DNA of 64,000 nucleotides from an uncultured Gemmataceae bacterium (lineage in GTDB: Bacteria > Planctomycetota > Planctomycetia > Gemmatales > Gemmataceae): NCBI GenBank assembly GCA_963750165.1, contig CAVVPN010000010.1, positions 233,420 to 297,419 of the forward strand. Direction: 5' to 3'. The notes under the pieces were generated by a model, which was not told the DNA's origin, made no database searches, and worked only from the letters and a program-made list of their open reading frames with translations. Shown here piece by piece: positions 41,342-49,970 of the stretch. Positions within the stretch are counted from its first letter, which is position 1. Every line of letters begins with the position of its first letter. The position numbers and the translations under genes are program-made.

Positions 41342-41668
41342 ATGAGCGTGCCTGACGAAGTACGGCGTGACGCTGAGAAGACGGGTGAACTTGTCCGCAA
41401 GAAACTGATGGAAATCATGGACTTGCAGGCGGACATCGACGCCCTGTTGCGAGACAAACATCCCACACCGTTCGGATCGAAGAACTGGCAGTACGCCGAC
41501 ATCGAATCCTTGCAGCGGCTTGTGGCGATGACGGCGATCCAGTTCGTCCTTTTCGAGCCGGTGGGGAGGGTGAAGGGCAACGAGGACATCAAAGATGCTG
41601 CGGAGAAATTGGTGTCGCTGCTCTCGGAGCAATTGAAGACGCTCAAAACGAAGAAATCCGACTGGTGA
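41342..41668 (+). CDS. Hypothetical protein
   Basis: RBS GGAG; helical 108-aa ORF. Confidence 0.6.
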   Translation: MSVPDEVRRDAEKTGELVRKKLMEIMDLQADIDALLRDKHPTPFGSKNWQYADIESLQRLVAMTAIQFVLFEPVGRVKGNEDIKDAAEKLVSLLSEQLKTLKTKKSDW

Positions 41669-41673
41669 AGTAC

Positions 41674-41864
41674 ATGGAACAGAAGACCGTCGAAAAACTC
41701 GAAGAGAAGATCGAAGAAGCCATCGCCGAGATCATCGTGAAGATGGGCCTCAAGAAACTGCCGCTCCTGCCGGCCCGCCGGCCCGCCACACCATGCACCT
41801 GATGGCGAAAGCTGCGGTGACGGTCTACGAGGCGGCGGTCGAGAATCAGCGACGAGAGGAGTGA
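41674..41864 (+). pseudogene. Small helical protein disrupted by an 8-bp duplication; paralogue of 54927-55112
   Basis: MEQKTVEKLEEKIEE...LPLLP; CCGGCCCG duplicated at 41770-41785. Confidence 0.8.
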
Positions 41865-41866
41865 AC

Positions 41867-42202
41867 ATGGCCTTTGACGAAATCCTCGCCGCTCGCATTC
41901 GTGATGCCCTGGCCCGGAAGAAGAACATCGAGGAGAAGAAGATGTTCGGCGGCGTCGGCTTCCTTCTCAACGGCAACATGCTCGTCGGCGTGTGGAAGCG
42001 CTCGATGATCGCCAGGCTCGGCCCCGATAACTACGACGACGCACTCCTGGAACCGCACGTCCGGGAATTCGACATCACGGGCAAGCCGATGAAGGGCTGG
42101 GTGCTAGTTGAGCCGGAAGGCGTCGAGGATGATGAGCAGTTGAAGGAATGGATTCAGCAGGCGGTTAAGTTTGTTGGGAAGTTGCCGGCGAAGGAGAAGT
42201 AG
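41867..42202 (+). CDS. TfoX/Sxy N-terminal domain protein
   Basis: EKKMFGGVGFLLNGNM...TGKPMKGWVLV. Confidence 0.88.
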   Translation: MAFDEILAARIRDALARKKNIEEKKMFGGVGFLLNGNMLVGVWKRSMIARLGPDNYDDALLEPHVREFDITGKPMKGWVLVEPEGVEDDEQLKEWIQQAVKFVGKLPAKEK

Positions 42203-42251
42203 TCATGTCCAGGTTGCAACTCGCCATCGAATGGATCGTCTGGAGGAAGTG

Positions 42252-42959
42252 ATGAAATCGACCGTCGATGAAATCCGGCAGCGGTTCGACGCCGACGTGG
42301 AACGGTTCTCCAATCTCGAAACCGGCCAGTCGGCCACGGTCGATGCGCCGATGGCGATGGCGCTGGTCGCCCAGGCAGCAGCGGCCACGACACCGCACGC
42401 CCACCATGTTCTCGACGTGGGCTGCGGGGCCGGCAACTACACCCTCAAACTGCTGGAATCCCTGCCAAACCTCGACGCCACCTTGATCGACCTGAGCCAG
42501 CCGATGCTCGACCGGGCCAGGGAGCGGGTCAGCCGAGCGACCGCTGGCTGCATCACGACCATCCAGGGCGACATTCGAGCGATCAACCTTGCTGCCGGGG
42601 AGTTCGACATCGTGCTGGCGGCTGCGGTGCTGCACCACCTACGCACCGATGACGAATGGCGGGCTGTCTTCACAGCGTTCCACCGGGCGCTGCGCCCTGG
42701 CGGCTCGGTGTGGGTCTTCGATCTGGTCGAGAGTTCGATCCCTGCGGTCCAGGAACTCATGCGCCGGCGTTACGGAGAGTACCTGACCCGGCTGAAGGAC
42801 GAAGCCTACCGGGACCATGTGTTCGCCTACGTCGAGAAAGAGGACACGCCCCGACCGCTGCTCTTCCAACTGGAGTTGCTGCGTCAGGTCGGGTTTTCGC
42901 AGGTCGAAGTCCTGCACAAAAACGTCTGCTTCGCCGCCTTCGGCGCTGTCAAAGCCTGA
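42252..42959 (+). CDS. Class I SAM-dependent methyltransferase
   Basis: VLDVGCGAG, VLHHL, LRPGG. Confidence 0.9.
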   Translation: MKSTVDEIRQRFDADVERFSNLETGQSATVDAPMAMALVAQAAAATTPHAHHVLDVGCGAGNYTLKLLESLPNLDATLIDLSQPMLDRARERVSRATAGCITTIQGDIRAINLAAGEFDIVLAAAVLHHLRTDDEWRAVFTAFHRALRPGGSVWVFDLVESSIPAVQELMRRRYGEYLTRLKDEAYRDHVFAYVEKEDTPRPLLFQLELLRQVGFSQVEVLHKNVCFAAFGAVKA

Positions 42960-43026
42960 CGCTCTCATCGCTGCCGAAGGTGCATCCGGCAACATTTCGG
43001 CTGACCTCGAAGCCGAGAAAGATTCA

Positions 43027-43054
43027 TTGACAAGTCGGAAGGTTCCGATATAAT
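43027..43054 (+). promoter_or_regulatory. Consensus sigma70 promoter with a palindromic operator in the spacer
   Basis: TTGACA-16 bp-TATAAT; TCGGAA-GG-TTCCGA at 43035-43048. Confidence 0.85.
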
Positions 43055-43073
43055 CGAGTATCGGAGGCACACG

Positions 43074-43394
43074 ATGACCGCCAAGACGAAAACGCCGCCT
43101 GCCCTCACCGACCTGAAAGCTCTGGAACAGGCGGCGGAATGTCTCAAGACTCTGGCCCACCCGCACCGTCTGCGCATGGTCCAGATGCTCCTGCGAGGCC
43201 GCTACACGGTCGGTGAACTGGCCGAGGCGTGCGGCATCCCCAGCCACATGGCCTCTGAACACCTGCGGCTCATGCAGCGATGCGGCTTCATGACCAGTGA
43301 AAAGGACGGACGCAACGTGTACTACCAAATCGCCGAACCCCACCTGGCGAACATCATGACCTGCATCGAAGCCCGGTTCGGCGGCACGGGCTGA
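43074..43394 (+). CDS. ArsR/SmtB family regulator
   Basis: LKTLAHPHRLRM...TVGELA...SEHLRLM...DGRNVYY; four Cys. Confidence 0.92.
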   Translation: MTAKTKTPPALTDLKALEQAAECLKTLAHPHRLRMVQMLLRGRYTVGELAEACGIPSHMASEHLRLMQRCGFMTSEKDGRNVYYQIAEPHLANIMTCIEARFGGTG

Positions 43395-43480
43395 ATTTTT
43401 TTCGCCTGACGTATCGTAATGTCGGGACATAAACAACAATGAAAGACAATCCCGAACCTGCGACGGGAGGAGGCAGAACG

Positions 43481-43660
43481 ATGGAAGTCCTGATTCCCCT
43501 GGGCGTCCTCCTGATCTGGATCGTCCTGCAAGCCTGGGTGCTGCCACGCCTCGGTGTGAAGACCTGAATGAGCGGAACTTGCGAGCCGAGTTCGGCTCCT
43601 CCCCGTGTCGAGAACCAAAAACCACCAACCGTTTCCGAGGACGAAAGGAGATCGCAGTGA
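43481..43660 (+). CDS. Candidate small membrane selenoprotein (in-frame UGA 43565-43567); otherwise a 28-aa peptide
   Basis: RBS GGAGGAGG; MEVLIPLGVLLIWIVLQAWVLPRLGVKT-UGA-MSGTC...RRSQ*; hairpin 43583-43598; final TGA overlaps the next GTG. Confidence 0.6.
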
Positions 43661-44229
43661 CCGTCACGACCATCAGCCCTCAGCAGCTTGCTGAATTGTG
43701 CAAGGCCGGGAAGATCGAACTCATTGACGTGCGGACGCCGGTGGAGTTCCGGGAGTTGCACACGACTGTTGCCCGCAATGTGCCCCTGGACCGGCTCGAC
43801 CCAGCAGCGATCATGCAGGCCCGCAATGGAAGCAAGGACGAGCCGCTGTACATCATCTGCCGCTCCGGGAGCCGAGGCCAGAAGGCGTGCGAGAAGTTCC
43901 TGGAGGCAGGCTTCTCAAACGTGGTCAACATCGAGGGCGGCACCCTGGCGTGCGTCGAAGCCGGCCTGCCGGTCGTCCGTGGCAAGAAGGCCATTTCGCT
44001 GGAGCGGCAAGTGCGGATTGCGGCGGGATCGCTCGTGCTGCTGGGCGTGCTGCTCGGCTGGTTGGTCCACCCGGCCTTCCTCGGACTGTCCGCCTTCATC
44101 GGGGCCGGGTTGGTGTTCGCCGGCATCACGGATACCTGCGGCATGGGGATGATGCTGGCCCGGATGCCCTGGAACCAGGTCAAGGATGCCTCGACCGGCT
44201 GTTGTGCGACGAAGGAGGTCTGCTCATGA
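43657..44229 (+). CDS. Rhodanese + DUF2892 (YgaP-like) membrane sulfurtransferase
   Basis: IDVRTPVEF, ICRSGSR, SLERQVRIAAG, GLVFAGITDTCGM; GTG start with RBS AAGGAG. Confidence 0.9.
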   Translation: MTVTTISPQQLAELCKAGKIELIDVRTPVEFRELHTTVARNVPLDRLDPAAIMQARNGSKDEPLYIICRSGSRGQKACEKFLEAGFSNVVNIEGGTLACVEAGLPVVRGKKAISLERQVRIAAGSLVLLGVLLGWLVHPAFLGLSAFIGAGLVFAGITDTCGMGMMLARMPWNQVKDASTGCCATKEVCS

Positions 44230-45887
44230 AACTGCTCATCGTCGGTGGCGTGGCCGGGGGCGCATCGGCAGCCGCCCGTGCCCGCCGCCTCTCGGAAGAC
44301 GCCCACATCATCCTGTTCGAGCGGGGGCCGGACGTGTCGTTCGCCAACTGCGGCCTGCCGTACTACCTGGGCGGCGAGATCGCCGAGCGGGACAAACTGC
44401 TCGTCGTCACGCCGGATCGGCTGCGGACCCGCTTCAACCTCGACGTGCGGGTGCGGACCTCGGTGGAACGAATCGACCGGGCGGCAAAGAAGGTCCATGC
44501 CCGTGACCTCGCTTCGGGCCGGGAGTACGACGAAACCTACGACAAGCTGATCCTCGCCCCAGGAGCGGCACCGCTGCGCCCGCCGCTGCCCGGCATCGAC
44601 CTGCCCGGCATCTTCACCCTGCGAAACTTACAAGACGTGGACCGCATCAAGGGCAGGATGGACCAGGGCGTGAAGCAGGCCGTTGTCATCGGAGCGGGCT
44701 TCATCGGCCTGGAACTGGTCGAGAACTTCGTGGGCCGGGGCATTGCAACCACGGTGGTCGAGTTGCAGGACCAGGTGTTGCCGCCGTTCGACAAGGAGAT
44801 GACGACGCCCCTCGCCCAGGAGTTGGCGAGCAAGGGCGTGGCGCTGCTGCTCGGCCAATCCGCCGAGTCGTTTGAGTCGGCCCCCGATGGCTTGGTCGTC
44901 CGCCTGAAGTCGGGCCAACGGCTTCCGGCCCAACTGGTCGTCCTCGGAGTCGGCGTGCGCCCGGAGAACAAGCTGGCCGTCGAGGCGGGCCTGGAGGTCG
45001 GCCCCCGTGGCGGCATTCGGGTCAACGAACAACTTCAGACCAGCGACCCGGACATTTATGCAGTCGGTGACGCCATCGAGATCAAGGACTTCGTGACGGG
45101 CGACTCGACGCAGGTGCCGCTGGCGGGTCCGGCGAACCGCCAGGGCCGCATCGCCGCCGACAACATTTTTGGACGGTCGGCCCGCTACCGAGGAACCCAG
45201 GGCACGGCCATCGTCCGGGTCTTCGACAAGACGGCGGCGATGACCGGCGCTTCGGAGAAGGTGTTGAAGCGGTCGAAGCGCTCCTACCGCAAGGTCTACG
45301 TTCACCCGACGCAGCACGCCGGCTACTATCCCGGTGCCGAGGCAATGACCCTGAAGTTGCTCTTCGACCCGGAGACGGGAAAGGTGCTGGGGGCGCAGGC
45401 CGTGGGTGGTGACGGCGTGGACAAGCGGATCGACGTGCTGGCCGTGGCGATCCAGGCGGGCATGACGGTCTTCGACCTGGAGGAGATGGAACTGGCCTAC
45501 TCGCCGCAGTACGGCTCGGCCAAAGACCCGATCAACATGGCGGGCTTCGTGGCGGGCGGGCTGCTCCGAGGCGACCATCCTCAAGTGGATGTCGAGGCGG
45601 TCCTGGCCGCTCCTGCCGGCGAAGCCCCGTACCTCGTGGACGTGCGGACGCCGCAGGAGTATGCAGACGGGCACATCCCCGGAGCCGTCAATCTCTCGGT
45701 GGACGACCTGCGGCCCCGGCTGGGCGAACTGCCCCGTGACCGCCAGATCGCTGTGTACTGTCAGGTAGGGCAGCGGGGCTACCTGGCGACTCGCATCTTG
45801 AAGCAGGCCGGGTTCCAGACGGCGAACGTCGGCGGCGGATACAAAACCTACCGGCTGCTGCACCCGACATCGAACGGGGTCCGGTGA
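44226..45887 (+). CDS. CoA-disulfide/persulfide reductase with rhodanese domain (CoADR-RHD/Npsr)
   Basis: GGVAGG, SFANCGLPY, GAGFIG, AYSPQYGSAKDP, YCQVGQRG. Confidence 0.93.
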   Translation: MKLLIVGGVAGGASAAARARRLSEDAHIILFERGPDVSFANCGLPYYLGGEIAERDKLLVVTPDRLRTRFNLDVRVRTSVERIDRAAKKVHARDLASGREYDETYDKLILAPGAAPLRPPLPGIDLPGIFTLRNLQDVDRIKGRMDQGVKQAVVIGAGFIGLELVENFVGRGIATTVVELQDQVLPPFDKEMTTPLAQELASKGVALLLGQSAESFESAPDGLVVRLKSGQRLPAQLVVLGVGVRPENKLAVEAGLEVGPRGGIRVNEQLQTSDPDIYAVGDAIEIKDFVTGDSTQVPLAGPANRQGRIAADNIFGRSARYRGTQGTAIVRVFDKTAAMTGASEKVLKRSKRSYRKVYVHPTQHAGYYPGAEAMTLKLLFDPETGKVLGAQAVGGDGVDKRIDVLAVAIQAGMTVFDLEEMELAYSPQYGSAKDPINMAGFVAGGLLRGDHPQVDVEAVLAAPAGEAPYLVDVRTPQEYADGHIPGAVNLSVDDLRPRLGELPRDRQIAVYCQVGQRGYLATRILKQAGFQTANVGGGYKTYRLLHPTSNGVR

Positions 45888-45931
45888 GCGGGGAATCTCG
45901 TCGGAGGCAGCCGGGTATCAGAGGAACGACC

Positions 45932-46546
45932 TTGCGCTTCTACTCCGACGTGATCTTCCCTCGACTTTGCGACCTCCTCCTGAACAGGCCGCTGGTGGCA
46001 CGGCACCGGCGACAACTGCTCGCCACGGTCTGCGGCGACGTTCTGGAGGTCGGCTTCGGGACGGGCCTGAACCTGCCGCACTATCCCGCCCAGGTCCGCA
46101 GGATCACCACGGTCGATCCGAACGCCGGGATGCAACGGCTGGCACAACAGCGTGTCAGAAGGTCCAAGATCGAAGTTGACCAGCGTGTTCTCAACGGTGA
46201 ACGTCTCCCCTTCGAGTCTGACCACTTCGATTGCGCCGTCAGCACGTTTACCCTGTGCAGCATTGAGGACGTGGGCCAAGCCTTGAGCGAAGTGTACCGG
46301 GTACTAAAACCGGGAGGTCGCTTCCTGTTCCTGGAGCATGGCCTCAGCCCGGAGCCGAAGGTCCAGAAGTGGCAGCGCCGGCTGAACTGGCTGGAAAGGT
46401 GCCTGGCTGATGGCTGTCGCCTGGACCGCAACATGAAGGAACTGGTCGCCGCCCAGCCCTTCTCGTCCGTGGAAGTCGAAGAATTCTACCTGGAAAGAAC
46501 GCCGAGAACGCACGGCTACCTCTACCGGGGCGTTGCCGTCAAATGA
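45932..46546 (+). CDS. Class I SAM-dependent methyltransferase
   Basis: LEVGFGTGLN, FTLCSI, LKPGG, LEHG; TTG start with RBS. Confidence 0.88.
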   Translation: MRFYSDVIFPRLCDLLLNRPLVARHRRQLLATVCGDVLEVGFGTGLNLPHYPAQVRRITTVDPNAGMQRLAQQRVRRSKIEVDQRVLNGERLPFESDHFDCAVSTFTLCSIEDVGQALSEVYRVLKPGGRFLFLEHGLSPEPKVQKWQRRLNWLERCLADGCRLDRNMKELVAAQPFSSVEVEEFYLERTPRTHGYLYRGVAVK

Positions 46547-46914
46547 GCATGTCGGCCTTGCCGCTGATCCAAGTCGGCACCGATCACCTGCTGCCGGACC
46601 AAGAGCCGCTGGGGCGAACGCAATCTGGCTGTACAACCAGACCAAATGCGTGAGCCTACTACCGCCTGTTTTTTTCTGAGTTCTCTTCCTTTTCTCTTCG
46701 GTCAGGTGTATGATTCTGATAACCTTCAACTACATTTCACTGACTTCCAAATCACAACACATTACTGCCAGGAATTCCGGGTTGCGAGCAAAAGGACGTT
46801 GCCCCGGCAATGATGCCGAAAACGGAACAATCCTCCGAATGCCTACACGGAGATTCAATAAGTGGCAATGTCGTTGATCTTTGAAAAGTCACGGTCGAAA
46901 AGTCTTTGGGCTTA

Positions 46915-48063
46915 TTACCACGGCATGAAAGTTGCTCAAAAGTCCGTTGGGAGAATAACCGCGACACTCCGAGACGGAGACTGCTCATGTCCATCCAGTT
47001 ACCTGACGCCCGCCAGTTGTCGGATGAAGCCCTCCAGGTGCTGCGTCTGCGCGCCTTACGGGGGATCGAGTTGGGCTACTCCGAGTTGGATCTCGCCGAA
47101 CTCCTGGGCGTCTGCCACGAAACCATCAGTCGCTGGTGGACGGCCTACGTCGCCGACGGCCTGTCTGCCCTGCCCGGCGGTCGCAGCGGCCGGCCGCTCG
47201 GTTCCGGGCGCTACTTGTCCGACCCGCAGGCCGAGCGCATCCGGGCGTGCATCGACCTGCACTCCCCGGAGGAAGTGGGCATCCCGCACGCCTTGTGGAC
47301 GCGCCGCGCCGTGCGCGACCTGATCCGCCAGGAGTTCGGCATCGACCTGGCCGAGCGCACCGTCGGCGCGTACTTGCGCCGCTGGGGTTACACCTCCAAG
47401 AAACCGAGCCGGCACGCGCGGCAGCAGGATCCCGACGCGGTCGAGGAGTGGTTGCTGGAAACCTACCCCGCCATCGAAGCCCAGGCTGAGCGCGAGCAGG
47501 CGGAAATTCTGTGGACCGATGAGGTCGGCGTGGCGGCCGATCACCACCCCGGTTACGGCTACGCCCGCCTCGGAGCACGCGCGACGATGGAGGTGCCTAA
47601 GCCCCACCTCCGGGTCAACCAGATTTCGGCCATCAGCAACGAGGGGACGGTACGGTTCATGACTTACCAGGGCGCGCTCGACGCGGCGGTGTTCCTGATG
47701 TTCTTGACCAAGCTGATCGCAGGGGCGACGCGGAAGATGCTGCTGATCGCGGATCGGCTGCAAGCCCACAAGACGCCGGCGGTACAGGCCTGGGTGGAGG
47801 CGCACCGGGACCAGATCGAGGTGTTTTATCTGCCGGCGTATTCGCCGGAGTTGAACCCAGTGGAGTATTTGAACAACGACATGAAGGGTACGGTGAACGA
47901 GGCGGGCCTGCCGCCCGACCGGCCGACGTTGCAGGGCCGGTTGTTGGACTTCATGAAACGCTTGGTTCGGGTGCCGGATCATGTGATAAGTTACTTTCTA
48001 CATCCGTGGACTCGGTACGCTGCCCCGGTAGAATTGATTTGATCTTATTTCGTGCCGGGGTAA
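46915..48063 (+). mobile_element. IS630 family insertion sequence
   Basis: IRs TTACCACGGCATGAAA / TTTCGTGCCGGGGTAA; TA duplication at 46913-46914 and 48064-48065. Confidence 0.92.
46987..48042 (+). CDS. IS630 transposase
   Basis: WTDE, DRLQAH, LPAYSPELNPVE. Confidence 0.93.
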   Translation: MSIQLPDARQLSDEALQVLRLRALRGIELGYSELDLAELLGVCHETISRWWTAYVADGLSALPGGRSGRPLGSGRYLSDPQAERIRACIDLHSPEEVGIPHALWTRRAVRDLIRQEFGIDLAERTVGAYLRRWGYTSKKPSRHARQQDPDAVEEWLLETYPAIEAQAEREQAEILWTDEVGVAADHHPGYGYARLGARATMEVPKPHLRVNQISAISNEGTVRFMTYQGALDAAVFLMFLTKLIAGATRKMLLIADRLQAHKTPAVQAWVEAHRDQIEVFYLPAYSPELNPVEYLNNDMKGTVNEAGLPPDRPTLQGRLLDFMKRLVRVPDHVISYFLHPWTRYAAPVELI

Positions 48064-48509
48064 TACACCATGAAGACCAAGACACAAAGAAAACCTACAC
48101 GAGCATCAGGAGGCAAGGCGCTGAAACCACCAAGGACAAAGGCGCAAAGACAGAGAAGAAGGAAGCATGGGAACTGGCTGGATGTAGAGATGGACAGATA
48201 CCTTCAACTGAGTTACACATGAGGGTGTTTAATCCTCCATAGTGGCCCTGCGGCCTCGCAATACGCCTCCGATGGCCCAAGCCCTGCCTGGGGCGATTCA
48301 GGCGTCTCCAGGGCCATCCTGGGCGATCTAAAGGGCATTTGGAACCGACCCGTGAAATGTCCGCATCGCAGCCATTCTCAAGCAAATCCCTTTCATTTCG
48401 ATGTTATCCCGCTGCTCCTGGGCCTGTGCCGACCATGACCGAGGACTCCTGGCTCCATCACGGCTACAATGCCATCCTGAAATGACGGGCCGACATGAGA
48501 GGAACCGAC

Positions 48510-48995
48510 ATGCAACTCATCACCGTGAAGATCGAGAAGCCCGACGACACCAACTTCATCCTGGGCCAGACGCACTTCATCAAGTCGGTCGAGGACATCC
48601 ACGAGGCGCTGGTCGGGGCCGTGCCCGGCATCAAATTCGGGCTGGCCTTCTGCGAGGCTTCCGGCAAGTGTCTGATCCGCTGGTCCGGCACCGACCCGGC
48701 CATGACCGAACTGGCGAAGAAGAACGCCGCCGCCATCGGAGCCGGCCACTCGTTCATCGTGTTTTTGGGTGACGGCTTCTTTCCGCTGAACGTGCTGAAC
48801 ACGCTGAAGATGGTGCCGGACGTGTGCCGCATCTATTGCGCCACGGCCAACCCCACGGAGGTCATCCTGGCCGAGACGGAAGCGGGCCGGGGCATCCTCG
48901 GCGTGGTGGACGGGTTCTCCCCGAAGGGCGTCGAGGACGAGGACGAGATCAGGTGGCGGAAGGACTTCCTGCGGCAGATCGGGTACAAGCTGTGA
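48510..48995 (+). CDS. Adenosine-specific kinase family (DUF355)
   Basis: NFILGQTHFIKSVEDI, AFCEASG, CATANP, GVVDG, IGYKL. Confidence 0.88.
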   Translation: MQLITVKIEKPDDTNFILGQTHFIKSVEDIHEALVGAVPGIKFGLAFCEASGKCLIRWSGTDPAMTELAKKNAAAIGAGHSFIVFLGDGFFPLNVLNTLKMVPDVCRIYCATANPTEVILAETEAGRGILGVVDGFSPKGVEDEDEIRWRKDFLRQIGYKL

Positions 48996-49053
48996 CGGGA
49001 CCGAGTGATTGAGAGCAGGTGAAGGAGAGTTCGTCGGGAATTCTGCAACGGGT

Positions 49054-49368
49054 CTATTTCATCAGCAACAGCATCATGACCACCTGCGTCTTCACCTGGA
49101 TGGTGTGGCGCAGGCCCGTTGGCATGTGGACCCAGGTGCCGGGCTTCGCCTCGTGCTTGTCGTCGCCCAGCGTCACCGTCGCCTCCCCCTGAAGGAAGTG
49201 CAAGACGGCGGGCATTGAGGCGGTGTGTTCGGATAGCTCTTCGCCCTGGCCGAAGCCGAAGATCACTACCTTCAGTCGGTCGTCGTTGAACAGGGTGCGG
49301 CTGAGGATTCCCTTTTCGGGCGGCTGGACTTCCTTCGCCAGATCGACGAACAGCGTGTAGTCGGTCAT
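49054..49368 (-). CDS. Cupin domain protein
   Basis: GEELSEHTA...MPTGLRH. Confidence 0.85.
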   Translation of the reverse strand: MTDYTLFVDLAKEVQPPEKGILSRTLFNDDRLKVVIFGFGQGEELSEHTASMPAVLHFLQGEATVTLGDDKHEAKPGTWVHMPTGLRHTIQVKTQVVMMLLLMK

Positions 49369-49373
49369 GACCT

Positions 49374-49919
49374 TCAGCCTCCTTCGAGCGCCTGCTCCCA
49401 CCCGACCACTTCGTTGCCGAAATTCTCGTGCAAACTGGTCAGCCCTCGTTCCTTCTCGACCTGCGAGAAACGACCCGTCACGTCGGCATCGTCAGCCTCG
49501 CTCATCACCCGTTCGGCCATGTGGAAGAGGACGTTGTTCTCCTTGAAGATGTGCTGGCGTAGCAAGGGGATATACTGCCGGGCAGCGTCAACAAAGGTTT
49601 GGGCGTCGAACGGCTGCGCCTGGCTCGCCTCACGCATCCGGCCCACGCAGTCCCGGCCCAGGACATGCTCGTGAAGCATGACGCCAATCGGCCCGCCCTG
49701 TTCGGGGATGCCTCGTTTCTTGAGGACAGGGAAGAACACGTCCTCTTCCTTGGCATGGTGGCACTGGTCGGCAAACTGCTGGAAGAACCGGGCTGCCCAC
49801 TCCGAGAAACCAGCAGGGAGGGACTGTCCCGCTTCGAGACATGCCACGGCTTTTTCGAGCAGGCTCAGGCCACGTTCGATCAGGTCGTGTTCGGTTTTCA
49901 GACGCTCGACGGCTTTCAT
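49374..49919 (-). CDS. Hemerythrin domain protein
   Basis: EHDLI, HHAKEE, MLHEH, HIFKENNVLF. Confidence 0.9.
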   Translation of the reverse strand: MKAVERLKTEHDLIERGLSLLEKAVACLEAGQSLPAGFSEWAARFFQQFADQCHHAKEEDVFFPVLKKRGIPEQGGPIGVMLHEHVLGRDCVGRMREASQAQPFDAQTFVDAARQYIPLLRQHIFKENNVLFHMAERVMSEADDADVTGRFSQVEKERGLTSLHENFGNEVVGWEQALEGG

Positions 49920-49970
49920 GACGACCTCTTTGATTCACGTCAGCCTCTCGGCTGTGCGTAGGACGCCTTC

